Source: a virus
Lineage: Duplodnaviria > Caudoviricetes
Direction: 5' to 3' (one strand)
Length of the DNA stretch: 45,283 bases
IMG/VR virus record: IMGVR_UViG_3300032270_001188
Span: 1 to 45,283 of that record
The notes under the pieces are model-generated. The model did no database searches, was not told the DNA's origin, and saw only the letters and a list, made by a program, of their open reading frames with translations. The translations under genes and the position numbers were made by a program. Each line of letters opens with the position of its first letter. Positions within the stretch are counted from its first letter, which is position 1. Positions 9,709-19,573 of the stretch are shown piece after piece.

Positions 9709-10880
9709 TGTGGTGGCTGCCTTCCCTGATATGTTGATGAAACTTGACGCCTAATATACGGAGCTATAACGTCTGGGCCAATAGCATCTAGGGTGTTTAC
9801 ATAAAGCGGACCAACGGGGAGATTTAGTATCTTTTCTTTGGGTTTGCGCTCTGGCGTGGCAAATGATATTCCAACTGGATTAGGTGATCGATCCTCAAAG
9901 TTGACTGCAGTTATCAGGTAGTAACCCGTAAATGTTGGTATTCCACCAATAAAAACCGTCATACCAGGACGAAGCGAGACACCGTTTGTTCTGTCAATTT
10001 GGGCATCACCTTGAGCCTCCATGGGTGTGTTGTCTGATTTTTTCATATTCGGCATTTTCATTGCAGGAAAATCTCTTCCGTATGGGCCAGGCATGATCGG
10101 AACGTATCGTCGGGTAACCTGTTTTTTGACCGTTTTTCCATCAATCTTTACTTCGTGGTTGTATGAGAGGGCCTCTGAACCCCACTGATACATCAACCAT
10201 TTCATTGAGCCAAAATACAGGGTTCCATCTGACTCGAAGCATTTAAAGTTCGCTGCTTGTGCGAGATTTTGAATCACATCCCAAACGGAGTCTGCTTCCT
10301 TTTCGCCGCTCGCCTTAGTTATTGTCTTGCTCTTGGTCGTTGGCTCACCAATGAACTTGAGTCCAAATTTCTTTGCTACAGCTGCGACGTAAGCGGTTCC
10401 ATTACCGCTTATAGCGCCTGGTGTTTTGTCTCGCTTCATTTGTTGACACGCCTTAGTCCTGCACTTAATTGTCCATATCGTGGACACACTATTTTCTTGA
10501 CTGCAAGACACGTCGGCTATCTCCATTAAGAGGGTTATTAGCGATACTTTTACCTTGCTACCCTCTATCAGTTCTGTGTTGCTTATGGTTTTTGTAACAT
10601 AGGTAACATCCCTAGCGATACTGAAGTAGTTTGCAGCCGCAAAACCAGTGGATATTTTTTGCTGATTCGTCCCCTCGGCGTATCTGTATGCGTCGTAATC
10701 TCTGTCAATAATTTTTAGTGTCAGTTCTGTAATCGCATCCATGCTGTAATCAATTTGGGCAGAGATGATTGAGTCGTTTATCTGCTCCATGATGTTTGCC
10801 GACACCGACCCAAATGACACACTAAAGAACTCAAATCCACGAATTGGTAGTCCGGGTGATCCCGTGTTTGTGTTTGACAT
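9705..10880 (-). CDS. Baseplate hub (gpD/gp27-like) (391 aa)
   Basis: SMDAITELTLKIID, ADSVWDVIQNLA...FESDGTLYFG, LRPGMTVFIGG...GYYLITAV motifs. Confidence 0.75.
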   Translation of the reverse strand: MSNTNTGSPGLPIRGFEFFSVSFGSVSANIMEQINDSIISAQIDYSMDAITELTLKIIDRDYDAYRYAEGTNQQKISTGFAAANYFSIARDVTYVTKTISNTELIEGSKVKVSLITLLMEIADVSCSQENSVSTIWTIKCRTKACQQMKRDKTPGAISGNGTAYVAAVAKKFGLKFIGEPTTKSKTITKASGEKEADSVWDVIQNLAQAANFKCFESDGTLYFGSMKWLMYQWGSEALSYNHEVKIDGKTVKKQVTRRYVPIMPGPYGRDFPAMKMPNMKKSDNTPMEAQGDAQIDRTNGVSLRPGMTVFIGGIPTFTGYYLITAVNFEDRSPNPVGISFATPERKPKEKILNLPVGPLYVNTLDAIGPDVIAPYIRRQVSSTYQGRQPPQ

Positions 10881-10892
10881 GATTTGTTACTA

Positions 10893-13817
10893 CTATCCGG
10901 TTCTTGTGGTGATTGTAGGAGTGAACAACGGGCGGAAACTATCCTTTTCAGTGATTATCTTGTCCTTGTCGCATTCTTTTTTGCATGGTTTTATCGGTGG
11001 CATTTGTACTATGTCAACCTGTTCAATTGGTATTTCCTGAAGTGTCATGGTGCATGATGCCCGTGAAATCCGATTCGGCACAGTAGCGTCCGTCAAGGCA
11101 ACTGGGGCGGCTTGGGTTCTCTGGGTGGCAGTTACGCTAAATTCCTGTATCACGAACTCAATTCCTCTACCAGTATTCAAAGATGGCCAGCGAATTTCAT
11201 CCTGCATGAATTTGTCCATATTGAGAAAGGTCACAGGGTATGGAGATTGTGCCATTTCTCTCAATTCTGTAATTTGATCCTCGCACGAGTAGTAGAGACC
11301 AAATCCAGCCTGGTTCTGCTGTGCCATGCTGACAATATCAAAAGAGAAACTAATTTTAAGTAACTGAAAACTTGTCCAATCAACTATTGGGTAACTGCCA
11401 GTTCGTTCTATTTCTGTCCAGTTGATTCCCAAACCCGAATAGACGACCTGACTTGGAACAAACGGAAATTCAAAACTTCTGATTGGCGTTCCATTTAGTT
11501 GTTTTGAACTCTTGATGCCTTCATATGTTTGAATCAATGTTGGTCGGGTGCCCTCGGTGCCAGTTGACCTGATCCCTGTTCGGTACCCAGAAAGCCCGCG
11601 TGTAACAGTGATTTTTATGGTCTCGCTTTGACTTGATGCTTCTTTTGTATCCTTTTTACCCTGATTGCCTTTATTATTTTTCCCTTTATTGTTTTTGCCT
11701 TTGTTATTGTTTCCAGATCCAGAACCCCCAGATCCAGAACCACCAGATCCAGAACCACCAGATCCTGGACTGCTAGATGTGTAGTTACTAGAACCAGCAG
11801 TTGTAAAAAATTTATTAATGGCGATAGCAAGGGGGTCTTTTGCCCACAATTTCAAGGCCGCATCCTTGGTGATGCCGTCTTTTTTCATGATGTAAGCAAT
11901 CTTTCCCTCTGCCAACTTATTGAGCACAGCAGTTTTGAGTGTGGCTAGGGGGACCCCAATTTTCAGAAGATTTCCAAGATGTGAAACTAGAGCATTTTCA
12001 TTTGCCTTTGTGAAGGTGCCTTTCTGGAGTGCGCTGCTCGAATCATTGATTACCCTCATGTATGGGTCGTTGGGATCATTGAAGTTTGGTGTCGTGACGG
12101 AAGGGGCACCCGGCAATGCGCTTGGCATACCTGCTATCACGGGGAGACCCGGGAAACCCTCAAGGCTGAACCGAAAAGTATTGGCAGTTGTACTCAAGTT
12201 GGCGTTGTATCCAGAAAAGTACCCAATGAATACTTTTCCTGCCAAGTTCGTTGATCCTATTTGTTTCAACTTTGACTCAAGAGCATTCCTGTACGTCGTT
12301 ATTCCTCCTGTTGTAAAACCAGCACTTTTGAGAAATTTTCCACCATGTTTACCTCGTTCTGCCAATTCGGCCCCGACAAAGTCGGTTTTGGCTACTGCGG
12401 CACTTTGTTTGACATTTCGGTGGAGTAAGGTGTCGGTTCGGCTCCAGCCTGGAAGAATGTAGTAGTAGTCACCCCGTGCAGTTGCACTACCAATAGTTCC
12501 CTCTATGTCGTTGTATAGGGTTCCAGTAATAGTTGATCCATCCACCACATGTCCACCAAAGTATTCATCACTGCCCGAGCGTTTACTCACTCCCCAGTTT
12601 TGGATGGTCTCTTTTCCATCGTTGAAATCAAGATTAGGTAGAAGGTAATTCACGCCATGAATTAGTTTTATGCCATCAATCGTGGTGAGACCCGCAGTCG
12701 AACCACTGGTCTCTATGTTCTGTAGCAAGGTTGTTAATTCAGAATGGGAATTTTCGGGAAGAAGGATTTGCTTTTTGATATTCGTCTTGTCAATTACATA
12801 GAAATGCGAATAGACAATCCTGGCGCTTGAGCCAGCAAGGGGTGACCCAGGTGCTTTGTAACCCGGAATGTCCAAAGAGTTGGTGTCATCAATCCTGCGT
12901 AAATCCGATCCTTTGTAAAATGGTGGCTGAACAGAGGGCTGTGATACGACCCTTGTGGGTATCACGCTTGATTGCACTTTTGGTTGCGAAGATTTGCTAC
13001 CGTCTGTCAGGAAAAAAGTTACAGACTCCTGCCCTCGGATTTTTGGAAGTAAAATTTTTCCTTGACCCGACGTTCCCTGTCCCCCTCCAACAGATCCGCT
13101 TGCATAGTAATTGTTTTTGATAAAATTGCTTGCAAGTGCTGTTGTTCCAGATGCACCAGTACCTTTTGGTGTTATCGTGGTGCTGCCGGTACCTGACTGG
13201 TATTTTGCCACCGTAAAGGCAACTTCGCCTGGTGTCCAAATTGGGTAATAATCAATCAAGGCAAATCTTTTGTATCCAAGATAATCTGCCCAGCCAACAA
13301 ACAAAACATTATAGAAAGTATCTGCCGGACCTAGTGCTGAGAAAGGGATTGATCCCGAACCGAATGCAACGTTGATAATACTATGCAAGTAGGGGAGGAT
13401 AGGGTTTGAAACTCGAGTACCAGTGACGCTGTTGTTCCAATTCTTTGCAGCACCTTTGACGACTTCCCGATAGACCCGTAAGTCAACATCTTCTTTGTAT
13501 ACCAAGTTTGGTCCGGCATATCCCTCTACTGAGCATTGTTTTACAAAACCAGTTGCTTGACAACCCCAGAATCCAGGTGCCCATGTGTCGGCTTCAAAGC
13601 TAGTACAGGTCCCGTACCTGTGATTGAGACTGTTTTCTGCTTGCAGACCCCAAGTTAGTGTTTTATTTGCGTATGAATCACCCGTATAAACGTTTGTCAA
13701 GGTTGGGTGTGTCATCAAACTACTCCGTGTCTGTTCCGCGCCCATGCTTCCTACGGAAAGACCTAGGTCGTTGACTAGGGTGTTCGCTTGATCAGCAGGT
13801 GCGACGGTGGTGGTCAT
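10893..13817 (-). CDS. 974-aa tail protein: large unknown N-terminal region, low-complexity linker, C-terminal tube-initiator-like domain
   Basis: Directly after the tape measure. The C-terminal ~200 aa (FEFPFVPSQVVYS..WTEIERTG..PIV..ISFSF..RASCTMTLQE) resembles gpU/tube-initiator proteins. Confidence 0.55.
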   Translation of the reverse strand: MTTTVAPADQANTLVNDLGLSVGSMGAEQTRSSLMTHPTLTNVYTGDSYANKTLTWGLQAENSLNHRYGTCTSFEADTWAPGFWGCQATGFVKQCSVEGYAGPNLVYKEDVDLRVYREVVKGAAKNWNNSVTGTRVSNPILPYLHSIINVAFGSGSIPFSALGPADTFYNVLFVGWADYLGYKRFALIDYYPIWTPGEVAFTVAKYQSGTGSTTITPKGTGASGTTALASNFIKNNYYASGSVGGGQGTSGQGKILLPKIRGQESVTFFLTDGSKSSQPKVQSSVIPTRVVSQPSVQPPFYKGSDLRRIDDTNSLDIPGYKAPGSPLAGSSARIVYSHFYVIDKTNIKKQILLPENSHSELTTLLQNIETSGSTAGLTTIDGIKLIHGVNYLLPNLDFNDGKETIQNWGVSKRSGSDEYFGGHVVDGSTITGTLYNDIEGTIGSATARGDYYYILPGWSRTDTLLHRNVKQSAAVAKTDFVGAELAERGKHGGKFLKSAGFTTGGITTYRNALESKLKQIGSTNLAGKVFIGYFSGYNANLSTTANTFRFSLEGFPGLPVIAGMPSALPGAPSVTTPNFNDPNDPYMRVINDSSSALQKGTFTKANENALVSHLGNLLKIGVPLATLKTAVLNKLAEGKIAYIMKKDGITKDAALKLWAKDPLAIAINKFFTTAGSSNYTSSSPGSGGSGSGGSGSGGSGSGNNNKGKNNKGKNNKGNQGKKDTKEASSQSETIKITVTRGLSGYRTGIRSTGTEGTRPTLIQTYEGIKSSKQLNGTPIRSFEFPFVPSQVVYSGLGINWTEIERTGSYPIVDWTSFQLLKISFSFDIVSMAQQNQAGFGLYYSCEDQITELREMAQSPYPVTFLNMDKFMQDEIRWPSLNTGRGIEFVIQEFSVTATQRTQAAPVALTDATVPNRISRASCTMTLQEIPIEQVDIVQMPPIKPCKKECDKDKIITEKDSFRPLFTPTITTRTG
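11668..11768 (-). repeat. Adjacent 15-bp tandem repeats encoding (GSGGS)n then (NNKGK)n
   Basis: ccagatccagaacc(a/c) x3-4; protein SPGSGGSGSGGSGSGGSGSGNNNKGKNNKGKNNKGNQGKK. Confidence 0.85.
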
Positions 13818-16800
13818 GAGCGTTGCCTTGTATTGTCAATTTGTGCCTTCATCTTTCTTACGGCTATTGTAGCAATTTCCTCGGCACTGGCATTCGGTCC
13901 GCCAGTCACATTCATGTTGATGGATATTCCTCCGCCACCACCTGAGCCCATTGCCGGAGCCGTGGATGTTTTGGCAGGGTAACCCGTATCGCCGTATGGA
14001 CCGCCACCAGGAACGACGTGTAAGTGCCTGGTGCCCCCGTAGCCGTGGAACTCAGCAAAACCGCCATTAGCAGTAGCCAAGCGCTGGTAGGCGCCTAGAT
14101 TTGCACCAACCAGATCGTACGCCCTGCCAGTTACATGGTCAGAGTTGGTTGACCCGAGTCCAGTGGTTCTGTACGCAGATGTCATTGTTCGTTTTCCAGT
14201 AAGCATTCCATCCATTGCTGAATGACGACCCATGGTTCGACCAAGGCGAGATGATGTCGTATCGCCAACACCCTTTCCTCTCGGACTGGAGGTGTCGTTG
14301 TTGTCGGCAATAAACTTGATGAACTTATCTGTCATCCATTCGGGTTTTGACGAATCTCTAGTGTCAAAGAATGTGCCGAACATTTCAATTATTGCGCCGT
14401 AAGTGTCCCTTAGTTCATCTGGCAGATTGTCAATGACTATATTTAACTCATCATTTTTGGCTCTTTCGGTTATGCCAATAAGGGCAGGATCCATGCCGAA
14501 CTGGGCCAGTCGGTTTCTGAAATCATCCTGCGTGAGGGTTTCCATGTCGAGGTCACCAAAGAAATCTCCACTCTCAAACTTGCTTACCAATGCTGCGCTT
14601 TTTTCTGGATCCATTGCCGCCAATGCTTCCTGGAATTTATTTGCATCAATTTTGAATGCATCTGCCCCAACTCCAGTTTTTAGTAACTGGGCATTGATGT
14701 TTGCTCCTTGTGCCAGTCCTCCATCCTTGATTCCCTTGTTGATGTAATCCTGAACCATCACGCCGGTACCGCTATTTACAAATTCATTCTCCATGCCATA
14801 GAAGTTGCCCTTGTTTCCTTTTTCGTCAACCTGAGAGAACGCTGCTCCACCTACACCAAACTGTCTTTTCGCTTCAAACAGACCCTGAAGACCACCGCCT
14901 GCAAAAGTCAAGAAGTTTGGCATGAAATCTGACATAAACGTAGCGAGCTGTTCGTCGCTCACATCCCCACCAGCGGCAAATTGAAGGTCGCCGAAAGCCC
15001 TTGCTTGTTCGTCAAGTATTTCTGGAATTTTTAGTTCATCTACTTTTTTCTGAAAAACCTCAAGACCCTTTAATGCCATGTCCATCTGTACGCCGCGAAG
15101 TTGTTCGCGGGTTTTGAGGGTTGCCACCCCAAGGTCTTCCATTTGCTTGGTGAAGTCTTGTGTGGCATCAAACAGGTCAACACCAGTCGTCATGGCCATA
15201 AGTTCAATCTCTTGCTCGGTTTTACCAGTCATGCTCATTAATTCTGTGAGCCTCTTTTGATAGATTTCCATCAAATGGTTTTGAGCACCCTGCTTCTTAC
15301 CGACTTCAGTTAAAACGGCAGCGGCTTCTCCTGGTCGTTTGTCAATGGCTTTTTTCTGTTCGTCAGTCAGATTAACGCCTATATTTTCTGAATTGTCAAT
15401 TAGATATTTGGCGAAATCCTCTGAACTCATAGAAGCGGCTTTTGCCATTAGGGCATCTGTGTTTGTGTTCATTGATTTGTTTGACTTAATGAGAGCCGAA
15501 TCACCCGTGAATCCACTAGCTAGCATTTCTTGTTGAGCAACACCCAACTGGTTGGTGATCAGTTGGTCAAAAGCGCTTTCAAATGCTTCTTTGGATTCCT
15601 TTTTTTCTTTCTTGATTTTGTTTGCTCTACCCATCAATCCACCGACCGCGGCGCCGATAATCGCACCTGCTGCAGTTCCGAAACCAGGGGCGATCATTGT
15701 TCCTATTGCCGCACCTGCACCAGCACCAGCAAGAGCACCACCCCCGGCTGTTTCTGCCGTCAATGCAGTGCCACCTAGACCTACTGCCAAACCAGCGAGC
15801 GGGTTATACATACCAATCATCGAACCAGCACTAAGGAAGCCAGATGCTTTCTCGGAAACCATTCCCGAGTTTGCCAACATACTCAAACCCATCATGGTTC
15901 CCATGGTCCCTGTTGCCGAGCCTTGGAAACCTTTTCTATTTTCATTTCCGAATATTGCTCCACCAAGGCGACTAGCGCGAGCATCTCGGGAATTCAGTCT
16001 TTGGTTTTGCAAGAAGGTACCGACACGACCCCTTTGAAGCGGTCCCTTGGCACCAATGTTGGATGTCGGCGACAACCAGTTATTGTAAAGTTTACTGTTG
16101 AGATATTTTCCCTTCATGCTGTTGGGATCGTAGGTGCCTGGACCGTATGCAGCATTTGACGACAGCTTCCAAGCTTTATACGCTTTTGAAGTTGGTGTGT
16201 AAGGTTTTCCTGTTCCTGGATTAATGGGCGGACCAGAAGGTCCTAGATATTTACTATTTGCAACCTGCCTGTCGCGATATGCATCTGCTCTTCGTCCAAC
16301 AAATCCGCCAACACCAGTATTCTTTCCCAACATTCTGTCAAACATTGACTTTGGAGTACCATCTCTCCTGAACCCAGATGCACCATGAGTTTGACCCTCG
16401 CCAATAGATCGAGCGAATTGCTCTCTGCGATTGATGATTCTTCCTGTTGCATCAACTATTTTTGTGTTGCCTTTCATTCTTTGATCGCCAGCAACCGTTA
16501 CGCCACTCCTGTAACTAACACCATTTAGGTTTTTTTGTGAATAATTTTCTTGTCCGGTTCCGCGCCCGCCATACATATACTGGACACTCTTCCCACGAAC
16601 ATTTTGGGTAAGAATTTCTTTTCCTTTGTTGGGGCCAGATGTAATCAAGTGTCCACCGTTGGGACCTGATCCAGCTCGGACACTTCCACCGAATTGACTT
16701 CTCATTTGTGTTCGGTCTGCTCTCGTGAGTGGGGCAGAACCAGCACCACGAGATGCAAACCCAGCACTTCCAGTGCCACCACCCCTAGTGCCCGGTGTAC

Positions 16801-18694
16801 CCATATACGGACCACCCCTATGTCCGCCCATCGTCCTAATGGCATTGGAATTTTTTCCTAACGGACCCATCGTGCCGCCACTACCTTTTGGTCCATACTG
16901 AGCAAGTGGTTTTCCGTTCACGTAAATCACCCCTGCGCGAACATTCATGTCTGCCACTTCACGAATTCCGGATCTGCTATCCCCTCTCGTGAAATATCCC
17001 TTAGTGTTCTTCATTCCCTTAGACATGCCCATCAGCATCATTAGAGAGCCAGCACCACCCAAGCCACCAGGTAGAGCCTTTGTTACTGACATGAACTTGC
17101 CTAGGAAGCTGGTAAAAAGTTCAATAAGACTAGTGAAACCTTGTATGACTTTATTGATAAATGGAAGCGCCTGAAAAAAGAGTTTTCTCGCCTCTCCGAA
17201 ATACTCCATCACCTTAGTGATCAAGTTTCCAATATTTGTACCAAATTCTTCAAGAGGTACAGCATTGTCTTGAACCAATCTATTGAATTCACCAAACGAT
17301 TCCTTAAGATAATCTTTTAGTGGCCTAAAAACGTTCATGATCATATTTTCAAGAACGCGCGCACCGTCTATTAGGGGTCGCAGACCGTCAAGCAAACCGT
17401 TCCAACCGTCTTTAAACATGTCCCAAAATTTACCGAAGCGCTCAAAAATGCCCACTGCATTCGGTAGATAATCACGTATCACCCGAACTGCGAAATCTGC
17501 CACTTTTTGAGTAACGACTGAAATTTTGTCAATAAATCCACCCTTTCCGAAATCAGCAATGTCTCCCGACATTCTGAACAATGCAGTTCTCATTATTTCA
17601 AAAACTTCTCTAGCTTCCTTTTTTACTGGTCCGAGAAACTGCTGTCCAAAGTCACCGAACAGTCCTTTCATCATGGTCAACTGACCCTTGAGCGTGTTTA
17701 TCAATGTGCCAGAAACTGCTTCAAACTGCCCATCCACGCCGCCAAGTTTTGCTAGTTCGCCAGAGGTTATTGCAGCAGTGAGTGCTTCTTTTGTTCCACC
17801 TTTTTTTCCTTTTGTTTTTTCGTACTCTTCAAGTGCTTTTTTCATTTGGGGACTGAATTTTTTTCCAGCACTCACCACATCTGCGTAACTTTTTTTCGTA
17901 TCTTGAAGTGTGGCAATAAGTGAACCAGCAGCCTTGGTTCCCTCTTTCATATCCATGCCAGCACTAGCGAAGTCCATCAAACCCTTGAGGGTTTCTTTTG
18001 AAGCACTAGTGAATTTGCTGGTTTTTGATATTTCTCCGTAAGCAGCAGCCAAGTTTTCAACACCAACAGATGCTAAATCAGCATCCATTGTTAGTGCTCT
18101 CATTTGCATTCTTGCTTGATTGAGACCAGAACCAAACTCAGTGGCTACACCCTTAGCAGAAAAAGCATACATTGCCGCTTGTTGCTCCCTAATGGCGGCC
18201 GCGGCCGTACCAGCAGCAATCACAAGACCAGCAAATGCTCCAGCAGCCATGGACATTGTATTCTTGTATGCCTTCATGATCATTTGTCCAGCAGCAAAAG
18301 CCGCATGAACACCAATCATTGCTGCTCCCATTGCTGCAAAACTAACAACAACCCCTTTTGCTGACATAGTGAGGAATTTCGTCATCATTTGACCAGTATT
18401 TCTGATCATTTTGTCATAATTATCAAAACTCTTTTTATACTTGCGCGAAACATGCTCTTGCGATTTATAACCCTTTAGTGCGAGTTTATCTTCGGTTTTT
18501 CGAACGCGCGATGCGAATCCATCGGACTTAGCCCTAGATTTACTATCCCTGTCCCTAGATTTTGATTCCCTGTCCCTGGATTTTGATTCCTTGTCCCTAG
18601 CACCAGCAAGCCTCTCAAGCTTCCTTCTGGTACGGTCAATGTCACTATCATCGGACTTGACTTCTATTTTTATAACGACGCGTTCGTCGGCCAT
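13814..18694 (-). CDS. Tape measure protein (1626 aa) with C-terminal M15/LAS-type zinc peptidase-like domain
   Basis: Longest tail gene, after the chaperone; Ala/Gly-rich helical sequence with hydrophobic segments. C-terminal SAYR...NSDHVTGRAYD...HLHV matches the SxHxxGxAxD / HxH pattern. Confidence 0.88.
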   Translation of the reverse strand: MADERVVIKIEVKSDDSDIDRTRRKLERLAGARDKESKSRDRESKSRDRDSKSRAKSDGFASRVRKTEDKLALKGYKSQEHVSRKYKKSFDNYDKMIRNTGQMMTKFLTMSAKGVVVSFAAMGAAMIGVHAAFAAGQMIMKAYKNTMSMAAGAFAGLVIAAGTAAAAIREQQAAMYAFSAKGVATEFGSGLNQARMQMRALTMDADLASVGVENLAAAYGEISKTSKFTSASKETLKGLMDFASAGMDMKEGTKAAGSLIATLQDTKKSYADVVSAGKKFSPQMKKALEEYEKTKGKKGGTKEALTAAITSGELAKLGGVDGQFEAVSGTLINTLKGQLTMMKGLFGDFGQQFLGPVKKEAREVFEIMRTALFRMSGDIADFGKGGFIDKISVVTQKVADFAVRVIRDYLPNAVGIFERFGKFWDMFKDGWNGLLDGLRPLIDGARVLENMIMNVFRPLKDYLKESFGEFNRLVQDNAVPLEEFGTNIGNLITKVMEYFGEARKLFFQALPFINKVIQGFTSLIELFTSFLGKFMSVTKALPGGLGGAGSLMMLMGMSKGMKNTKGYFTRGDSRSGIREVADMNVRAGVIYVNGKPLAQYGPKGSGGTMGPLGKNSNAIRTMGGHRGGPYMGTPGTRGGGTGSAGFASRGAGSAPLTRADRTQMRSQFGGSVRAGSGPNGGHLITSGPNKGKEILTQNVRGKSVQYMYGGRGTGQENYSQKNLNGVSYRSGVTVAGDQRMKGNTKIVDATGRIINRREQFARSIGEGQTHGASGFRRDGTPKSMFDRMLGKNTGVGGFVGRRADAYRDRQVANSKYLGPSGPPINPGTGKPYTPTSKAYKAWKLSSNAAYGPGTYDPNSMKGKYLNSKLYNNWLSPTSNIGAKGPLQRGRVGTFLQNQRLNSRDARASRLGGAIFGNENRKGFQGSATGTMGTMMGLSMLANSGMVSEKASGFLSAGSMIGMYNPLAGLAVGLGGTALTAETAGGGALAGAGAGAAIGTMIAPGFGTAAGAIIGAAVGGLMGRANKIKKEKKESKEAFESAFDQLITNQLGVAQQEMLASGFTGDSALIKSNKSMNTNTDALMAKAASMSSEDFAKYLIDNSENIGVNLTDEQKKAIDKRPGEAAAVLTEVGKKQGAQNHLMEIYQKRLTELMSMTGKTEQEIELMAMTTGVDLFDATQDFTKQMEDLGVATLKTREQLRGVQMDMALKGLEVFQKKVDELKIPEILDEQARAFGDLQFAAGGDVSDEQLATFMSDFMPNFLTFAGGGLQGLFEAKRQFGVGGAAFSQVDEKGNKGNFYGMENEFVNSGTGVMVQDYINKGIKDGGLAQGANINAQLLKTGVGADAFKIDANKFQEALAAMDPEKSAALVSKFESGDFFGDLDMETLTQDDFRNRLAQFGMDPALIGITERAKNDELNIVIDNLPDELRDTYGAIIEMFGTFFDTRDSSKPEWMTDKFIKFIADNNDTSSPRGKGVGDTTSSRLGRTMGRHSAMDGMLTGKRTMTSAYRTTGLGSTNSDHVTGRAYDLVGANLGAYQRLATANGGFAEFHGYGGTRHLHVVPGGGPYGDTGYPAKTSTAPAMGSGGGGGISINMNVTGGPNASAEEIATIAVRKMKAQIDNTRQRS
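18533..18600 (-). repeat. Three 21-bp (7-aa) repeats RD(K/R)(E/D)SKS at the tape measure N-terminus
   Basis: RDKESKS-RDRESKS-RDRDSKS. Confidence 0.8.
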
Positions 18695-18727
18695 GGGCTC
18701 TCCAGATGATTGGACGGGATGCTGCCG

Positions 18728-18922
18728 TTAGGCTTGTGCTTTTCGCTCTGCTGCGGCGCGATCCTGCTCTATTACTTTAGCACAAGCCATACGTATGAAC
18801 CACTCTTCGTCTGTGCACTTGAGTAATTCAAGGGGGTCGGTGCCCCATAGTTCTCCCAGCCTTGCAGCTGTTTTTATTGCAGACTCTTCGATTAGTTCGT
18901 CGAAGGCCTCATCGTAGGGTCC
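18728..18922 (-). CDS. Tail assembly chaperone frameshift extension (gpT-like, -1 frame; 64 sense codons)
   Basis: Not in the track. The -1 frame opens after a TGA at GAG GAC CCT and reads GPYDEAFDELIEESAIKTAARLGELWGTDPLELLKCTDEEWFIRMACAKVIEQDRAAAERKAQA*. No early ATG; fills the chaperone-to-tape-measure gap. Confidence 0.7.
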   Translation of the reverse strand, partial: GPYDEAFDELIEESAIKTAARLGELWGTDPLELLKCTDEEWFIRMACAKVIEQDRAAAERKAQA

Positions 18923-19443
18923 TCAGCAGGCTCGATTGTGTCGCCGAACCCAGCCGCATCAAGAATTGCAAGAGCAGCCGCCTCCACGTGTGGGTCAAGT
19001 CCAAAGAATGCTCTTACAGCATCTGGAACTGGTTTTGTGGTTTTTGTCATTGAGAGCATGAGATCTGAGCCAAAGGTGATTGAGTAGCCTTCATCATCCG
19101 TAACTTCTGTATCGCCCATGATGATTCCTTCGGTAGTATGACCGATTACGAGCGTCGCAAATTTCGTTGCATCCATGCCGTTCTTGGTATCTTCGCCTGC
19201 TTCTCGTCTCCACTTTCTAACTTGTGCCTGGGAAACGTTTGGACTAATTCGCAAAAGAACATTGTCGCGCTCTGGTACTTGAATAAAGATGTCCTTGCGA
19301 CGAACTTTTTCGCCAATTGTCGCTTTTAGTCTGTCAAGGAGTGTTTCTTGACGTGCATCTTCTTTGACTGTTGAGGTCGTTGCCTTGGTTTTGGTCTCAG
19401 CAGGAGTCTTGGTTTCCTCGGAGTCGTACAGTGGGTTGCTCAT
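18892..19443 (-). CDS. Tail assembly chaperone (gpG-like; 183 aa)
   Basis: Between tube and tape measure; ends EDPTMRPSTN, overlapping the -1 extension. Confidence 0.75.
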   Translation of the reverse strand: MSNPLYDSEETKTPAETKTKATTSTVKEDARQETLLDRLKATIGEKVRRKDIFIQVPERDNVLLRISPNVSQAQVRKWRREAGEDTKNGMDATKFATLVIGHTTEGIIMGDTEVTDDEGYSITFGSDLMLSMTKTTKPVPDAVRAFFGLDPHVEAAALAILDAAGFGDTIEPAEDPTMRPSTN

Positions 19444-19539
19444 AATTACCTTTCGGTTAAGTGGTCGATGAAGAGCAAACTAGCACTCTTAATGTTGGCA
19501 TGGGCGCAACTACTCAACGAAAGAAACTAAGCGAATATT

Positions 19540-19557
19540 GGCGATAACAGTATCGCC
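19540..19557 (-). terminator. Stem-loop after the tail tube gene (possible intrinsic terminator)
   Basis: GGCGATA-4 nt-TATCGCC, 16 nt past the tube stop; U-rich sequence further downstream on the minus strand. Confidence 0.45.
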
Positions 19558-19573
19558 TCAACCTGGATTAGGT

